From a candidate division WWE3 bacterium RIFOXYC1_FULL_40_10 (lineage in GTDB: Bacteria > Patescibacteriota > WWE3 > UBA101185 > UBA10185): a stretch of DNA of 64,000 bases. Position numbers and translations under genes: made by a program. This document shows positions 62,126 through 64,000 of the stretch, piece by piece; positions within the stretch are counted from its first letter, which is position 1; the number at the start of each line of letters is the position of its first letter. Where the stretch lies: the NCBI GenBank assembly GCA_001773215.1, contig MEWB01000001.1, forward strand, positions 5,964-69,963. The letters are read 5' to 3'. The notes under the pieces are model-generated. The model was not told the origin of the DNA, made no database searches, and saw nothing but the letters and a program-made list of their open reading frames with translations.

Positions 62126-62706
62126 ATCAAGTATCCCAAGGGACTTCGTTGAAAGTGGCCGGCGCGGGATCATTCCCATTGCCATCGCAACGTAGCCCCC
62201 TAAAAAGGAGGTCCGAATGCACAATAAGGTGTATTTCGGCTTTCGTTTAGGATAAGGCCAAGTAAGCCTAAAGCTGTCTATTAGCCAACCGTAGGCGAAC
62301 AGCTAACATACCAGTCGCGGAGGAACCCAACGGTCGTTATATTGGAAATACCAAAACCGACCGAGGCAGACTGGTGGCTTACGCCCTCCCGGCCAAAGAG
62401 CGCACAAAAGTGCGTACGGGTAGGGGTGAAGTGACTGCATTCAAATGCAATGCAGAAGTACGGAAATGCTCATGACGGCCACTCGGCTTCGCCACGTGGC
62501 TTCAACCAAGAATGCGCAATAGATCTGGCCTAAACGCCTGCGCACAGAAAGGAGATAGTCATGAAGGATCGTAAATAGGACGCCTGGGAGTTTGAAGTTC
62601 TCTTACTTATTGAACTACAACCAGAGAACTAAAACTTCAAGGTGTCCCCACAATGTGAAAACAACTTCATAGCCCCGAGCAATCCAAGCCCGGGGCGATT
62701 TTTTTT
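62126..62706 (+). ncRNA. Candidate large structured RNA (~580 nt) of unrecognised family, carrying two SD-led micro-ORFs
   Basis: Own promoter and terminator; no ORF of 60 aa or more; more than ten helices including long-range pairings. Confidence 0.65.
62673..62706 (+). terminator. Intrinsic terminator
   Basis: gccccg...cggggc stem followed by a T-run. Confidence 0.75.
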
Positions 62707-62743
62707 AATCCCAAATTCATCTTCCCCGTGTTATCATCAAAAT

Positions 62744-64000
62744 ATGCCGAAATTAAAGAAAATCTATATATGCCAATCATGTGCATATCAAACCTCTCAG
62801 TGGGTAGGGCAATGTCCGCAATGTAACGAATGGAATACTTTTTCCGAAGACGTTATTGACGTAAGTTCCTCAAATTCTTCCGGTAGAAAAGCTCAATTTA
62901 ACCCCTCAAAAATTGTTAAATTATCTCAGGTAAAAAAAGAAAACATTCAAAGAGTCTCGTCTAATATTACAGAATTTGACAGAGTGTTGGGAGGAGGTTT
63001 TGTACCCGGCCAGGTAATTTTGTTAGCAGGAGATCCGGGTATAGGAAAAAGTACGCTACTTACGCAAATATGTAGTTCTGTGAGTATGCCGATACTGTAT
63101 GTTTGCGGAGAAGAAAGCCCGGAACAAATAAAGCTGAGAACCACCAGAGTGGGGTATAAGGGTGACAATCTCAATCTATTATCCGAAACAAATATCGACC
63201 AAGTATTAGCAGCAATCCATTCGTTAAGTGACTTGAAGCTGGTTATTGTAGATTCAATTCAAACCCTGTATTCGCCGGAAATTGGTGGAATGGCAGGTGC
63301 AATTAGCCAAATTAAAGGATGTACACAAATACTGACAAGCACTGCCAAGGACTTAGGTGTCCCAATAATTTTGGTAGGACATGTTACCAAGGAAGGTGCT
63401 GTTGCCGGACCTAAAATCTTGGAGCATATGGTGGATACTGTTCTTCAACTTGAGGGAGATTCTCAACATATGTATCGCACGCTTCGTACAAGCAAAAATA
63501 GGTTTGGTCCGGTTTCCGAGGTCGGAATTTTCGAAATGCAGGAGAAGGGGATGATTGAGGTCACAAACCCCTCAGAGTTATTTCTAGAGCAGAGACTACC
63601 TAAAACATCGGGATCAGTAGTCACAGTCGTTATGGAGGGTCACAGGCCTATCTTATTCGAGGTCCAGGCCTTAACAACGAAAACCAGTTTCGGCTACCCG
63701 CGGAGAACTACCAGTGGGTACAATAACAACAGATTGCAAGTTATCTTGGCTATTTTACAAAAAAGAGCGGGAATTGATACCTCAAGCCATGATGTATATG
63801 TGAGTGTGGCAGGAGGTTTTAAAATATCGGAATACTCATCTGATTTGGCTGTGTGTTTAGCAGTAGCATCTTCGCTTTTAGACAAACCTATTAAGGAAAA
63901 TAGCGTTGTATTCGGAGAGTGCGGGCTTAACGGGGAAATTAGGAGAGTTTCTCAGATGGAGAAGAGAATAGCGGAAGCTAAGAAACTTGGTTATAAAAAT
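62744..64000 (+). CDS. radA: DNA repair protein RadA/Sms (3' end outside the window; missing from the ORF track)
   Basis: Read from DNA: MPKLKKIYICQSC...GQCPQCNEWNT, GDPGIGKST, VDSIQT, GHVTKEG, KNRFG. Confidence 0.96.
   Translation, partial: MPKLKKIYICQSCAYQTSQWVGQCPQCNEWNTFSEDVIDVSSSNSSGRKAQFNPSKIVKLSQVKKENIQRVSSNITEFDRVLGGGFVPGQVILLAGDPGIGKSTLLTQICSSVSMPILYVCGEESPEQIKLRTTRVGYKGDNLNLLSETNIDQVLAAIHSLSDLKLVIVDSIQTLYSPEIGGMAGAISQIKGCTQILTSTAKDLGVPIILVGHVTKEGAVAGPKILEHMVDTVLQLEGDSQHMYRTLRTSKNRFGPVSEVGIFEMQEKGMIEVTNPSELFLEQRLPKTSGSVVTVVMEGHRPILFEVQALTTKTSFGYPRRTTSGYNNNRLQVILAILQKRAGIDTSSHDVYVSVAGGFKISEYSSDLAVCLAVASSLLDKPIKENSVVFGECGLNGEIRRVSQMEKRIAEAKKLGYKN

Noticed and set aside
62385-62560. 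Group II intron domain V (cgtacgg) or group I P7 (gact/tagtc) within the large RNA
   Set aside because: No AGC/CGC triad helix, no GUGYG 5' end, no convincing P/Q elements, no interrupted host gene and no RT or homing nuclease
62947-63885. Two minus-strand ORFs from the track
   Set aside because: Shadows of radA, which runs on the plus strand off the end of the window

Overview
Low-GC bacterial chromosomal segment, standard code 11. Gene content and rRNA sequence point to Patescibacteria/CPR, most likely the WWE3/Microgenomates side. The evidence is a split transketolase with fba/pfkB/rpe/rpiB, an ATP-dependent DNA ligase, a 16S lacking helix 17 with mismatches to 27F and 515F, and many orphan ORFs; this taxonomy is inference. 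Housekeeping genes include sufU-like, hpf, ftsB-like, trpS, ftsH, a 5'-3' exonuclease, nth, lgt, recF, mutM, mnmA, yvcK, rmlCDB, rpsA, clpC-like and radA. There are five tRNAs, including a rare Ile(UAU), and a split rRNA locus in which 16S lies 8.1 kb from tRNA-Ala-23S-5S. Most notable: (1) an unexplained ~580-nt, independently promoted and terminated, densely base-paired RNA at 62126-62706 that carries two Shine-Dalgarno-led micro-ORFs; (2) a sharp split between leaderless core genes and SD-led small orphan genes dropped between them; (3) duplicated ends of tRNA/5S genes, two of them interrupted by the same perfect 20-bp palindrome; (4) a BpsA-SpeD-like polyamine fusion; (5) natural 23S variants at antibiotic sites (A2059U, G2576U); (6) several apparent pseudo-enzymes (Xer, Fic, Clp NBD1). 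All family calls are from motif recognition only; no database searches were run.
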